From assembly GCF_000743755.1 (NCBI RefSeq), contig NW_014569528.1, forward strand, positions 1 through 64,000: 64,000 nt of DNA, in the 5' to 3' direction. This stretch comes from Blastocystis sp. subtype 4. Taxonomy: Eukaryota. The notes below the pieces were generated by a model. The model was not told the DNA's origin and did no database searches. It worked only from the letters and a program-made list of their open reading frames with translations. Each line of letters begins with the position of its first letter. Position 1 is the stretch's first letter. The translations under genes and the position numbers were made by a program. Of this stretch, positions 39,090 through 50,848 are shown one piece after another.

Positions 39090-39246
39090 ATTGGTTGCTA
39101 GAAACTGTTTCTTGGTATCATAATTCCTGCATTTATCCGTGTTTTTTGGTATTCAGGAAATCCAGAACTTGGTCCTATCACTTGGTCAAAGTATTGTTTC
39201 GGGCGTTTCATTCATAACAAAACACATTCATTTAAACCTCTATGAG

Positions 39247-40251
39247 ATGATTCAATCTTATCTATCCCTTGTAGTCATCCTATCTGTAGTGTCGGCAACC
39301 TATCTTCAAACTGTTACTCTCTCAACGACTTCAGACTTTTCTTCCTTTTGTTTCGACTCCTTTGTTATGTGATCTGTAGTATGTGGAGCATATCGCACTG
39401 ATTGTGAACAATCGGCCATTGAGGAACACATTTACAAAGGAACAAAGGGAGAGTATCCAACAGAGTTTATCAAGGTGTTCTACCATTATTCAAGTGAGTC
39501 ATGTGGTGATGATCTTGCATTTACTACTCAATCAACTGGTTCTATGTATATATTTGAGCTCTGCACTAACATTTAGTTCCGATCCTACAGCAATGGGAAA
39601 TGATAGTGGTGATTAACCATACTGTTGACTCCTAGCCTTATCCCTCAAAATTGCCTACAGCTCTGCAACTGTTACCTTCAGTAAGCAGCCTGCTGATTTT
39701 GGTGCAGAATGCTCTGGATCGATTGTGATTGGGGATTCTTACGACATTTCGTATTTAATCTATTCGAGTACTCATTTAGGTCTTTGACGTGTACTGTGAA
39801 TGGTTCCTCTCTTTTCTCTTCGGTACCTACTGTTGATACTAGCGAGACAGTGACCCTGTTATTTGAGTGTACGAATTATTCTTTCTTTGGACTTAGCGAC
39901 CTTCATTCGATATTCAACGGGTGAGGAGTTGAAAGCTTACAACAGGGACAGTAGGAGAAAGTGGTGAAGTTCAATCTAGGTTACTGTGCAGCAAGTGAAG
40001 ATGATGATAATTTGACAGTGATGTTCATCGTTCTTGCCGTCGTGATGGTTCTTTTAGTTGTTATTGCTTGCTTGCTAATTTGTTGTTGTGTAAAGGACAC
40101 GAAGAAAGGGGACACGAAGAAGAAGGATGATCCTAAAAAGGAGGCAAATTCGAAGAGCCAGACAGACGCCCAAAAGCAACCAGAACCAGCAAAGAAAGCA
40201 GATCTTGAAAAGCAAGAATTACCGATTGTAAAACCTGAATCCTATGTTTGA
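39247..40251 (+). CDS. Type I membrane protein (signal peptide, TM, Cys cluster, Lys-rich tail)
   Basis: MIQSYLSLVVILSVVSA signal; TM VMFIVLAVVMVLLVVIACLLICCCV; multi-exon. Confidence 0.6.
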
Positions 40252-40262
40252 TAACAAACACA

Positions 40263-41855
40263 TTATACTTTCATGGCATCTGTAGATGTTTGATTGTATT
40301 GGAACACAGAACATTGCAATCCATGTTCTCTCAAAAAGGGTTCAACATGAATCGGACTTGTTTTTGCAAGTTGAAGTTCACGAGCAAACTTCCCATAACT
40401 ACTCTTCTGAGTATACACTAGAAAATCACTATCTTTCAAAATCATTAGATCAATAATAGCACGCTTTGTAGCATGCTTCCACTTTCTGTTACCTCCTTGA
40501 CTAGCTGCAGCAGCACTATGACCAATCTCATAATCCTTCACAGTATAAACACAATGACAGTCTTCAAACTGATGGCTAATATATTTGACTGCATAGTCAG
40601 AATCAGTTGATACAAAGATATATACATCCTTTCCTGTTCTACCCGTCTTCTTTAGATGTTCTTTCACAATCCGAACAGCGCTCAACATTCCCTTGATTCC
40701 CAACATCTCCTTCTCCACATAGTTTGCCTTCTTCCCTCCTAATCGGATCTGCATACCGATTAGATACCGTGTATGAAGGATCTTCAGATGATTGGTAATG
40801 ATAGAGCACAATGAGCGATTTGGATTGAACAACAATCGTAACCAAATCGACCGTAAACTCCAACCCAACAAATCCTCTCGAAGAGGGACAATGACTGTTG
40901 GGAGTAATCCTACTTGTCGTAGCGAGGCAGCATACATGGCTGGACTCAGTGACGACATAGTAATATCAGAATACGTTGAGAATACGATGGAGGAACCCCG
41001 AAGAAACGTGGAGAATGGAATATTTAGAACTGTGTTTCTCTCCTGCTCCGTCTGTGAATACTTCCAAACCTTGTATTTGTTTGATTTGACTATGAATGAT
41101 GGTTGATTATTGTGAGTACTATTGCCCTTAAAGGAGAGATGAGGAAAAGGAGGGACGAAGAACAAATTGACATAGTCACAGAACGACTGGACCTGAACAA
41201 AACGATTTGTAAGCACGGCTATTGCCATCGTCGAGAAGTAACCACGGAACATATTGCCTAAGCCAGCATAAGGATCAACCTTATAGATGATGAGTCGTTT
41301 GGAGGAGCTGAGGCTGGATTGCCTTTGATAGAAGGATTCCAACCATGTGTTGAGGCGGTTTTGTTGCTCCGAAATATCTGAATAAGTGTACAGGATATCT
41401 AGAGCAGCAAACTTGTCAACGGGAAGAGAAATTGGTCTTCCTGGTTGATAGGGGGTAGGGTATGAGGTCATAGGAGTAGGTTGTCTTGTGGGAGGGATTG
41501 TGGAGGTGAATAGAGGAATAGTTGGAGGAATGGTTGGAGAAATGGTTAAAGGAATTCCAGTTACGACTACTGGAGTAGTTGTATTCAAAAGAACAGCTTC
41601 AACTGGAGGTGTTGGAGAGGGAGTAAGAGAATGATCTGATGGTTGTACCTGAACTACCTCAGTTGGAGCTACTGTAATTGTCTCCTTTGAAACAACTGCT
41701 GTAGGAGCAATACTCATATGTAATGGTGGTTTCTCCACTTTCGATCCATTTTTCCTTCCTAAACTGTTATCAATAGACCTAAAATTCATTCCCATAATTA
41801 ACAACACCAACACTGTTCTATTCACGAATTCTTTCACTACAGTAGACTCTAACAA
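40263..41855 (-). CDS. Fucosyltransferase-like glycosyltransferase with mucin-like Pro/Thr stem
   Basis: GLGNMF, IGMQIR, IFVSTDS, DLMILKDSD...SSYG motifs typical of alpha-1,2/1,6/O-fucosyltransferase folds; single long exon; true start unresolved. Confidence 0.7.
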   Translation of the reverse strand: MLESTVVKEFVNRTVLVLLIMGMNFRSIDNSLGRKNGSKVEKPPLHMSIAPTAVVSKETITVAPTEVVQVQPSDHSLTPSPTPPVEAVLLNTTTPVVVTGIPLTISPTIPPTIPLFTSTIPPTRQPTPMTSYPTPYQPGRPISLPVDKFAALDILYTYSDISEQQNRLNTWLESFYQRQSSLSSSKRLIIYKVDPYAGLGNMFRGYFSTMAIAVLTNRFVQVQSFCDYVNLFFVPPFPHLSFKGNSTHNNQPSFIVKSNKYKVWKYSQTEQERNTVLNIPFSTFLRGSSIVFSTYSDITMSSLSPAMYAASLRQVGLLPTVIVPLREDLLGWSLRSIWLRLLFNPNRSLCSIITNHLKILHTRYLIGMQIRLGGKKANYVEKEMLGIKGMLSAVRIVKEHLKKTGRTGKDVYIFVSTDSDYAVKYISHQFEDCHCVYTVKDYEIGHSAAAASQGGNRKWKHATKRAIIDLMILKDSDFLVYTQKSSYGKFARELQLAKTSPIHVEPFLREHGLQCSVFQYNQTSTDAMKV

Positions 41856-42033
41856 ATAAACTGCATTTCCTTAACGTTACCACTCCTTAACTGACGAAGA
41901 GAGAGTGCATCGTAATCCACAGACTGAAGAAAGGATTGACGTTTAGTATTAAATGTAGAATATTGGACAGAAGCGAAGATAACAAAGAGAAAGAAAATGG
42001 ACCAAACCATCAAACCAATCTAACAAACACCAT

Positions 42034-43468
42034 ACACATTCAATAGAGTATGAATATCTTCAGCCTTCTTTATACCATTATCTACATTCCTTGATACCTC
42101 TAGAAAACAAAGATTCTGATCTTTCTGTTTAAACCGAAACTCCAGTTGATTATCAATTTGAGTAAAAAGCAAACGATCTGTAGGAGAGTAATTAGACAGA
42201 CTCTCCATTTGTTTCTGATACTGTTTCTTCTTCATTTCTATGCTTATTCTACACAACAACACCTACCTGATTTAATCAATATACGTTGAGACACATCACA
42301 ATCTGATCCTCCAATCATTTCTTGTCGAAGTGTTTTCCACACTCTATCACTCACTGTCAAGAACTACTCGATACTGTAAACTCTCCATAGGTCCTTGTAA
42401 ATCATCACGCAACACAAACCGTCGATTTGCTTTAAGAGTCTGAATGGAGAGAAACTCCTTAATTGATTGCGAAGAATCACATAGTATTTCATATCCAATG
42501 TCCCATCTTCCTTGCAGACGATATACAATCTTGTCCTTCTCATAAACAAGAACTCGAACACACCTAGCATCACCTCCAAGAAGTGACTATTCATTCAATT
42601 CATCCATTATTCCAACTCTCTCTATAAATTCCAATCCAGCACTGTAGTTAGTATTGCTTGTCAGACAACTCTTTCCACACAATTGAATCTCAGGCGATCC
42701 ATGGCGCAGAGATGAAATACAGATAGAAGGGAAAGTAAGTGAATACTATTCCATCAAACTCAGCAACGAAAAGTACACAATCACCACATTTGTGATGAAT
42801 GGTGATTGATCCATGAATCATACAACGAATACTGTTTCCACAGAAGAGATATTTTGGTTGTAAGGTCCCTTCAATCTGGAACTCCTTAGCATCGTCTTCT
42901 ACATAGAAGGCAGACGTATTGGGATGAATGGTACATTGCTCAGCAATATATTGAATGCGTTTCGATCCACAAGTAACGAAACAAGAAAAGGTCTCACCAA
43001 GATAGGGAATGCAAGGAAAGTAGATAGACTACATATAAACCTTACAAAATATATACAGAAGGAAGTGTAGCATAACATGCGAGTAAATAGCGGAGAATCA
43101 CATGGAATCGATTTTCTTGGTTCAAAGACTCATATCTAATGAATCACTCAACCAAAACTATACTTTGATTCTGTTAGAATGTGAATATAATCCAAAACAA
43201 ATGCACATTCCTCTAACAACGAAACTGGCTTTGTTAACCATACTGATATAGCTTGAGAACTAAGAGATCCATCTAGATATAAAAGAAATCCACTGAAGCA
43301 AGACCATTACGAGTAGAGGCTAGAATCGACTCAACTCGTTCTTTGGAATAAGGAAAACGTGTTGAAATAATTGTTATATCTAGAGTCTTATCTAGTAGAT
43401 GACACTCTCCTTTCACACCCACAAGGAACAGCGTATGCAAAATAATCAATTTCCTTGTGGTCTTCCAT
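42034..43468 (-). CDS. Hypothetical protein, multi-exon
   Basis: Spliceable frame from MEDHKEIDYFAYAVP to ...IHTLLNV; stop predicted from T42034 + poly(A), motif at 42022-42029. Confidence 0.5.
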
Positions 43469-43584
43469 CGTGGAAAAGGAGAAGGACTTAACGACAGCGC
43501 AATTATGAACAAACACTCCCAGAAACTGCAAATCGTACTAAATAAACCTGCAACAACTATGGATAGGAAAAAGAAATATGACAA

Positions 43585-44228
43585 TCATTCTAGCTTAAGA
43601 AGAGAAATGCATAGCTCTCCATTCGACAGTGTAGCTGTGACATGTTGAATATCCATTACATTTGGATTGTACTAGACATCATTACACTCACCGTTGCTTA
43701 CTGGGATGCGATAACAAAAGTAACCATTCTTACGTTCATGGACCAGTACTTTTACACATCCTTCATACTTCCGAGTACGATATCCCTCAACAAGTATATA
43801 ATGTCTCTGATACGATATCTTTAGATTCTCCTTACTCACACAAGGTAAATCAAGGATGTATCTAAAATAACTATGATACTACACGTTTGTTCACAAACCT
43901 ATTTCTCACTTCTACAACGTCTAATGAAGGCATAATACGAATGGAAGGGCAAGGAGGATATGAAGAACATCTTTCGATAAAGCCACTTCCACTATTTATA
44001 CCTTCGAAAGTACATTGAGTTATGTTGCATTGGAATCTTGTCGAAGCTACCAATGGTGACATTGCTTCTCGAAAGGTCCTTTTGATGTTTTCGGAACGAC
44101 GAGGGACAGCTCACCACTTCTGCTGGATCCAAATACGAGTGCATATCAGAGAATGCTACACGCTCCGAATGCTCACTGTTACTCGCAGTACTATCTACAG
44201 ACAACGAAAAGGGACGAGAGACGTCCAT
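43585..44228 (-). CDS. Small heat-shock protein (Hsp20/alpha-crystallin domain)
   Basis: Spliced PSLDVVEV..YILDLPCVSKENLKI...LVEGYR...ERKNGYFCYRIP...VTATLSNGELCISLLKLE*; TGTTTGTT at 43508-43515. Confidence 0.75.
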
Positions 44229-44288
44229 GTAGAGAAAGAATGACTATAAAACACCAACCTCTTGTGTTTAGAACAAAAAACACACATA

Positions 44289-44843
44289 TTAGGCATCTAT
44301 ATAATGTAATTCACTCACAAATCGTCCACAAGAACGTGTTCGACGAGCTGCTTGCTCGCTTCGTTGCTGGTATCGGACCTGTGAGTTGTATGTAATCAAT
44401 CCCCGTTGGCGCTTGCTCTTTAGTATCTCCATTCGCACTTTCCGCCGTCGTCGACACTCCTCCGCCTTGAGTGATATCATCTTCTCTCGAAGAAGCTCAT
44501 CCAATGAACGTGGTTCGGCACAAGGAGGCAACTCGAAGGCAGGAACCTCTTCGTCATAACCCGTAATCACAAAGTTCACAGGAGATTCCTTCTCCTCCTT
44601 AGGTTCCACATAACAGGAAATGTCAATGGAGGACTTGCGGCTTGCAAAAAGACTGAAACCTCCAGGACACTCCTCTCTTGATACAGAGATCTGTCGAGAA
44701 AGACAGAAAGGACTAGCAAGCTCTTGTAAATCTTCATAACTATCCACATTGCGGACCTCTCCAGGAAATGTAATATCGTTAGCCATATATCCGCAATCGA
44801 ATATCGCGGAAGTAGAAATCATATCGTAACTGTCCATTATCAT
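44289..44843 (-). CDS. CCT-motif protein
   Basis: C-terminal RKVRMEILKSKRQRG...QVRYQQRSEQAARRTRSCGRFV matches the CCT pattern (RY..R...A..R.R..GRF). Confidence 0.75.
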   Translation of the reverse strand: MIMDSYDMISTSAIFDCGYMANDITFPGEVRNVDSYEDLQELASPFCLSRQISVSREECPGGFSLFASRKSSIDISCYVEPKEEKESPVNFVITGYDEEVPAFELPPCAEPRSLDELLREKMISLKAEECRRRRKVRMEILKSKRQRGLITYNSQVRYQQRSEQAARRTRSCGRFVSELHYIDA

Positions 44844-45449
44844 AGTAGCACATGCATATCATTTTCTTAATCGCCCTAACAACCTCAGTATAAATAGTGG
44901 GGGCCATTATTCGATTCTCGTTCATTGCACTCTGTTTAGAAGCACATCTTCACAGAAATGCTGATACAACGAAAACAATATACAAAAAAAGGAAAAGGAA
45001 AAAGAAAAGAGACGGAGAAGAATAATCTGACTGGCAATGACAAACATCCCGGATGAATTTCTATAAGGATTATTCTACTGCATAATATAAGTAATGGTAT
45101 TCCGTCGTGATCCTTCAATTTCCCAGAAAATTCTCGCAGCTTGTCTGTTTGAGTCTTGTTTCGTCATGATCTTCTAATATTTCGGGTCGATACTAGCAAT
45201 AGATGATTAAGATCAAATGGTAATAATAGTATACATTGTACGAAACTTGGGTCTGACAATTATCCTGAATTCTTTTCCATGTCTTATTCCAGTATTTTTC
45301 ATTCACATTTCATTCATATTACATACAGATCTATTGAATCTTAGAGATTCTTCACTTTGCATATGATGGGGGACGGGTGGCAATTGCCTGCAACGACAAA
45401 ACGCTAACCTCCTATGGCGTTGACAAATAATCGTTATCTTTACTTCATT

Positions 45450-46803
45450 ATGCTTGTATCTTTATATGTTTATCGATTAGGGATAGAGTGCAATTTCCAA
45501 GAGACTCTTTTCTACATCCCGATCTGTTAACAAGCTGGGCGTGGCAGCTTATACTAAGACACATAGCATTGCTGTATATCTATTGGATGCCTCTAATCCG
45601 TAGGGAAAGACGGCTTTTGTACGTGTCGATTTCAACGTTCCTCTCTCCAAGGATGGAAAGAGAACGATCACAGATGACACTCGAATTGTGAAGGCCCTTC
45701 CTACTATCAATGTCTTTTCTTTCTTTTTGTTTTATATGTAGTTGCTCACTCAGCAGGGAGCTAAGGTTGTTCTCGTCACTCATCTCGGAAAGCCTAAGGG
45801 CCCTGATCCCAAGTTGACTCTTGATCCTGTGGCAACTCGTCTTTCTGAATTGGTTGGAAAGAAGGTCACTAAGGTCGACGAGGTGGTGGGCGACAGTGTC
45901 AAGGCAGCTGTGAGTGGTATGAAGAATGGTGACATTGTGCTATTGGAGAATGTTCGTTTCAACCCTGGTGAGACGAAGAACAAGCCTGAGTTCGTCCAGC
46001 AGCTGGTCGATTGCATCCATCCTGACATCTATGTGAACGATGCTTTTGGTACCGCTCATCGTGCTCATGCCTCCACAGTGGGTGTTACTGCTCATACAAA
46101 GGTGAACTTGTCGGGTCTGTTAATGGACAAGGAGCTACAGTTCCTTTATGGAGCCATTGATAATCCCAAGCGTCCTCTTGCTGCTATTGTTGGAGGAGCA
46201 AAGGTGTCCACCAAACTTCCTGTACTGAAGAGTTTGATTGACAAGTGCGATAAGTTGTTGGTGGGAGGAGGTATGATGTTCACTTTCTACAAGGCTATGG
46301 GCAAGGGCATTGGAAAGTCAATTGTGGAGAACGACCAGTTGGATCTTGCTCTGAAGCTGATGGATAAGGCTAAGGCCAAGGGCATTGAGTTCATGCTTCC
46401 TGTGGATACGGTTGTCACCGACTCTCTTGAGAAGCAGTCAGTGATCAAAACTGTGGATATAGAGAGCATTCCTGAGGATTGTCTGGGTGCTGATATTGGT
46501 CCTAAGACCATTGCTCTCTTCCAGAAAACATTGGCCGATGCTAACACCATCGTGTGGAATGGACCCATGGGAATTTTCGAGCAGAAGAACTTCGCTACGG
46601 GAACCATGGCCATTGCCAAGACCTTGGCAGAACGTTCAGATAAGGGAGCTATTACCATTGTTGGAGGAGGTGATAGTGTTTCTGCTATTAATAAGTCCGG
46701 TGTTGCAGGAAAGATCACCCACATTTCTACTGGAGGTGGTGCTTCGCTGGAGGTGTTGGAAGGAAAGATCCTCCCTGGAGTTGCTGCTCTCACTGACGCG
46801 TAA
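45450..46803 (+). CDS. PGK: Phosphoglycerate kinase with mitochondrial presequence
   Basis: [56 protein letters not shown]; spliced N-terminus [27 protein letters not shown] at 46825-46832. Confidence 0.97.
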
Positions 46804-46937
46804 CGCATCGTTTTAGTATCCTTATGTTTGTTTGTAGAGTGCATTGTTCAGTGGTGTTAACATAGTGATCCTCTCATAGCTAACTCTGTTTCAAAGTTAT
46901 CAGCCTTCTAGACTGGCTCTTTGTAGACATACAATTC

Positions 46938-49900
46938 ATGTCGCAACAGCCGACAGATTTCGTACTCCTCCCAACGGAGATGAAGAACTGCGAAGACCTT
47001 GTTCGCAAATCTTTATCAGTAATGGTTGCGGAGTTGATGGAAATCGCTAATCAAAACCCCCAAGACCATCCGAACACGAAACCGTATCCCAAGCTCGTTA
47101 TTGCAGCGGAACAAGGAAGACTATTGCTGGCAAAGGTGATTGTACTCTTGAAATGGACAAAGAATGTGGATTTGATTCACCAGTGTAATGATTTGATCAC
47201 TAAATTCAATAGTAACTTGGATGTATTGAACAAGATTGCTGCAACGATTAGTCGGATCTATTACGAGTTATGGGGGTCTTTCATGCCTATTTTGCCTCTT
47301 AATTCGGCATTGTCGGTATTAAATCAGCAGGAATATCCGTTTATCTCTGTCGTTTGTGATTGTAAAGCTCCAGTATTATCCAAATTGTCTCGTGATGAAG
47401 GGGAGCAACTAATTACTCGAATATTGCGAACTCGAGTTCTGTCGGAAGAAGTCCCATCCTATGTGTCCTCGATTCGAGTGGAAGATAATACAATTGTATG
47501 TGAGGAGAAGGAACTTTTCTCTGTATCATTTACAACTACTGTAATCGTTTTGATTTTGAATTACTGGCTAGAAGCCCTCTTTGGAAGCACCAATGACTGT
47601 AACAGCAATGACTATATTCAATAACAACAATACACGAATGATGGTATTTCCTTTCTTTGATAGTATACAAATTACTCGTATCATTAGTTTAATCAATCAA
47701 GTAATCAAGGATGAACTGTGTTTATCCACGATTATTTCTACAATGTACCTCTTCTTCTAGACTTTCTCTGTAGATACAAAATGGTTCATTTTATCCTTAC
47801 TAAACAGATTCTATATGTTCTCCATACGCAGTTGGTTTCTCTTCCTGAAAACTGGAAGCGGTCCTATGGTATCACTAATGTTACCTACAGTATTAATGGT
47901 ACCTCTCTCTCCTTCAATTTCTGGAAAGAAGGTCGAAAACGGCCCATCGAGGGATCCCAAACAACGAATCCTGATTTTGTGATGATTCGACTGCAAGAAC
48001 GAGATGGACTGATGGCCATTGTTGGCGAATGCAATGGTCGTTCATTCGAAGTTGATCTTCGCAAGTACCGGATCGTAGGTGTGATTCAGAATGTATTGCT
48101 TGATAAGAGGTATCATGATTAGTGTCTGGCTTGGCGACAACATGAACTTCTACTCGATTTGAAGGAATATTTGCAGAATCAGACTCTTTTTACACAATAC
48201 ACGATACAAGAACATCTCTGTGAAGAATGTATTGATAAGGTTGAGATTCGATTCGGACAAACAGGTATCAGTCTCTGTTGTCGAATCGATCTCTTCACAG
48301 GACATCTCCTATTGACATGGAGTGATGACCAACTAGATCATTGGTGTGAAGAATCTCTTAATGAGCTTCGTGTATGTATGGAAGCTCGCTTGCCTCTTCA
48401 ACCTGCTTTGAATCATCAATATGAGTATTGCTTACTGATTGCTGTTCAAGAGGCATTCAAATCAGTCAATACTCATTATCGTTGTATGTGTACTCATGTT
48501 AATTCCCATCCTGCTCTACTGATTCCATGTCATATTGATCATGATATCACGAATGCCGCTCTCTTCCATCACTATCAGTTGATTCTCACATTAGTACCAC
48601 AGAGTCAAGAACGGATTGTTAATTCCGTTTCTTTATCGGCACCATCACCTGAAGCCCTCTTACGTCGTGGTGGTCCATCATACCATAGTATCAACAATAA
48701 GATGGATGCACTAAATCAAATGGCAGGTGAGATTGGTTTCAACATTGATGAGGAAACACAGGATGTATCCAGCACTGATACTGGTTCACCATTGTGGAAT
48801 TTGGAAATACTTGGACGCTATGAAGGATCAACAATCAAGAATCTGGAGGAAGTTCATCACATCTGTGTTTGTGATCCTTCTTCCTCTGACTTCCGTGAAC
48901 AGGTCTGTTACAGTATCTTGCAAGTATTACCAATATTACGATTCCAGAGTCTTCATCATTCTATGGGCTTACTATCCAAGAATAATTATGTGACTAATGT
49001 GCTGGAAAATCCAGATCAGCGAACGGTTACTGTAACTCTGTTAGGATGAAATGAATCCTAGTGTTCATTACAGCGAATGTCATCTCAAATAATCCTTCAT
49101 GTCGAAGATAATGAAGAAATCAAAGTGGTCCATCAATCAGAGATGCTTCATGATGTTGGGACTCGTGGTATTACAATTACCCGTGGATATGTCCAACCCA
49201 TGAACATCAAGGGGAATGAAGCTCGTTATACGTCCAACCTCTTTCTTCTTCTCATTTCTAGTCTCCCTATTAACGCACCTCCTTATCAGTTCTTCCAGAT
49301 TCAATACAGCCATCATCAACTGATGACTGTCTATCGAGTTCTCTCCTCTCATTTCTCACAGAATTCTTTCCCATTTCTCCAGTCTTACGATATTTCTGTC
49401 TGTTCTCTCTTCACACTTGTGATACGGTACACAATGCCATCTATTCTCTCCTCTTCGTGGATTGCAGTTGTCTGTTCGCCTGCTTGTGGAAGTTACGTCT
49501 CGTTTCAACTAGCTGATGTCTCGCAGATTGCCCCGCTGATGCATCGATATCCGTTGATGCTGAGTCTCACTTCGTCTCGATGGGAGGATTACTATCAACC
49601 TATCGTTCTGTCTCTTGCTCTTCAGTACGTGTTCAAAGGCATTCGAGACCTCCTATTGAAGGATGGAAATCTCATTAATGAGAAGGTGGTGATGTTTGCA
49701 ATTGGTTTGTCTCGAATTGAATTCCGATTACGGTTTGGTGAGTCAATGTCCTTCGTTGTGCAGCTAAGACCCACGAATGTTCTGGTGTACCCAAAAGATC
49801 GAGTTGCCAGTTCCTTCTTTTCAAAGTAGACATGCATGGGAAGTATTATGTAGATTTATGAACATGGAAATGGAACAAGTGGAGAAGAGCTATCCGGAAA

Positions 49901-49950
49901 TTCATTCGTTTATACTTGACATCATTCACAAACGACAGCAGGTTAGTTAG
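46938..49950 (+). CDS. MED14: Mediator subunit MED14-like, multi-exon (3' end approximate)
   Basis: N-terminal GRLLLAKVIVLLKW and MPILPLNSALSVL...YP resemble the Med14/Rgr1 domain. Confidence 0.6.
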
Positions 49951-49979
49951 ACTTCTCTTTGTTTTTAACCAAACATACA

Positions 49980-50232
49980 ATTGGAATAGTAGTACATATA
50001 CAGCCATAACCACACAAATTACAGAGATATAGGGAGATAGTCGTTCCCCAATCCGAGCACTCTTCCAGAAGATTCCTGAGAATCCGGTCTTGTAGCTATC
50101 CAATAAGGAAGGCATTTTTTCGTGTAAGTACGCACAGGTGCAAATGAAGAGAAGGATCAGTACAATAATCTCAGAAAAGTCAAATATAGCTGCCTAGGAA
50201 TGAGCAAACAGGAACGACACTATTCGTACCAT
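49980..50232 (-). CDS. TMEM167: Protein kish (TMEM167/Ksh1)
   Basis: ATG microexon plus AAIFDFSEIIVLILLFICTCAYL...TGFSGIFWKSARIGERLSPYISVICVVMA; stop predicted from T49980 + poly(A). Confidence 0.92.
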
Positions 50233-50357
50233 TTTGCAGAATGGAGAGTGATTAACGACTATGTATTCTGAATATCCATTGAACGATACATGTTAAATAA
50301 CAAACAAAATATTCAACCGAAAGCGTTGAAGAGACCATGTGTAAGCTCAGACTCTGC

Positions 50358-50435
50358 TTATTTCGCACGAGCTCTCATCTGTCTTCTCTTGCGTCTCAGA
50401 CGTCGCATACGCTTCTTAGCCCACTTAGCTCTCAT
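50358..50435 (-). CDS. RPL41: Ribosomal protein L41 (eL41/eS32), 25 aa
   Basis: MRAKWAKKRMRRLRRKRRQMRARAK*; below the ORF-track size cutoff; TGTTTGTT at 50299-50306. Confidence 0.97.
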   Translation of the reverse strand: MRAKWAKKRMRRLRRKRRQMRARAK

Positions 50436-50848
50436 TCTACACACACGTTACAACTCCACTTTTATCTCTATTATAATAGCCAGACTCGGCTAAGCAAAAA
50501 CAACTATTTAAAGACACATACTTGATTCGATTGAAACAATTCTGAGGTTGGAATGGATAAAAAGGGAAACATGGGGTAGATTGAATATCAAGTATTCTAT
50601 TCCTGTTTAATTGAAATAGAGAACATGATTTCTTTATTTCTTTTGAATCCAATCCTTCTTAGCCTAGAAGATCATTTTAGTGAAATTACCTTGTCCAAGG
50701 TATGAGAGCTCTGATAATGTTTCAGTGAAATCATCGTTAAGTTGTTTCTTGGATCCATATTGTCCCTAAATTCACATAGATTTACTTTCTCTCATTTCAT
50801 TTGTGAAGGATTGCAGGGAGTTTCAATAATGACAAAAACAGAATTCTT

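Noticed and set aside
44850..45440. Long intergenic region as a possible tRNA or snRNA locus
   Set aside because: No cloverleaf, box motifs or Sm site recognised; most simply a divergent promoter for the CCT gene and PGK
46287..46844. 185-aa minus-strand ORF (and likewise 63469-63987)
   Set aside because: Antisense shadows of codon-biased PGK and SAM synthetase
50311..50330. TTCAAC..GTTGAA hairpin in the RPL41 3' UTR
   Set aside because: Only a 6-bp stem, expected by chance without conservation data
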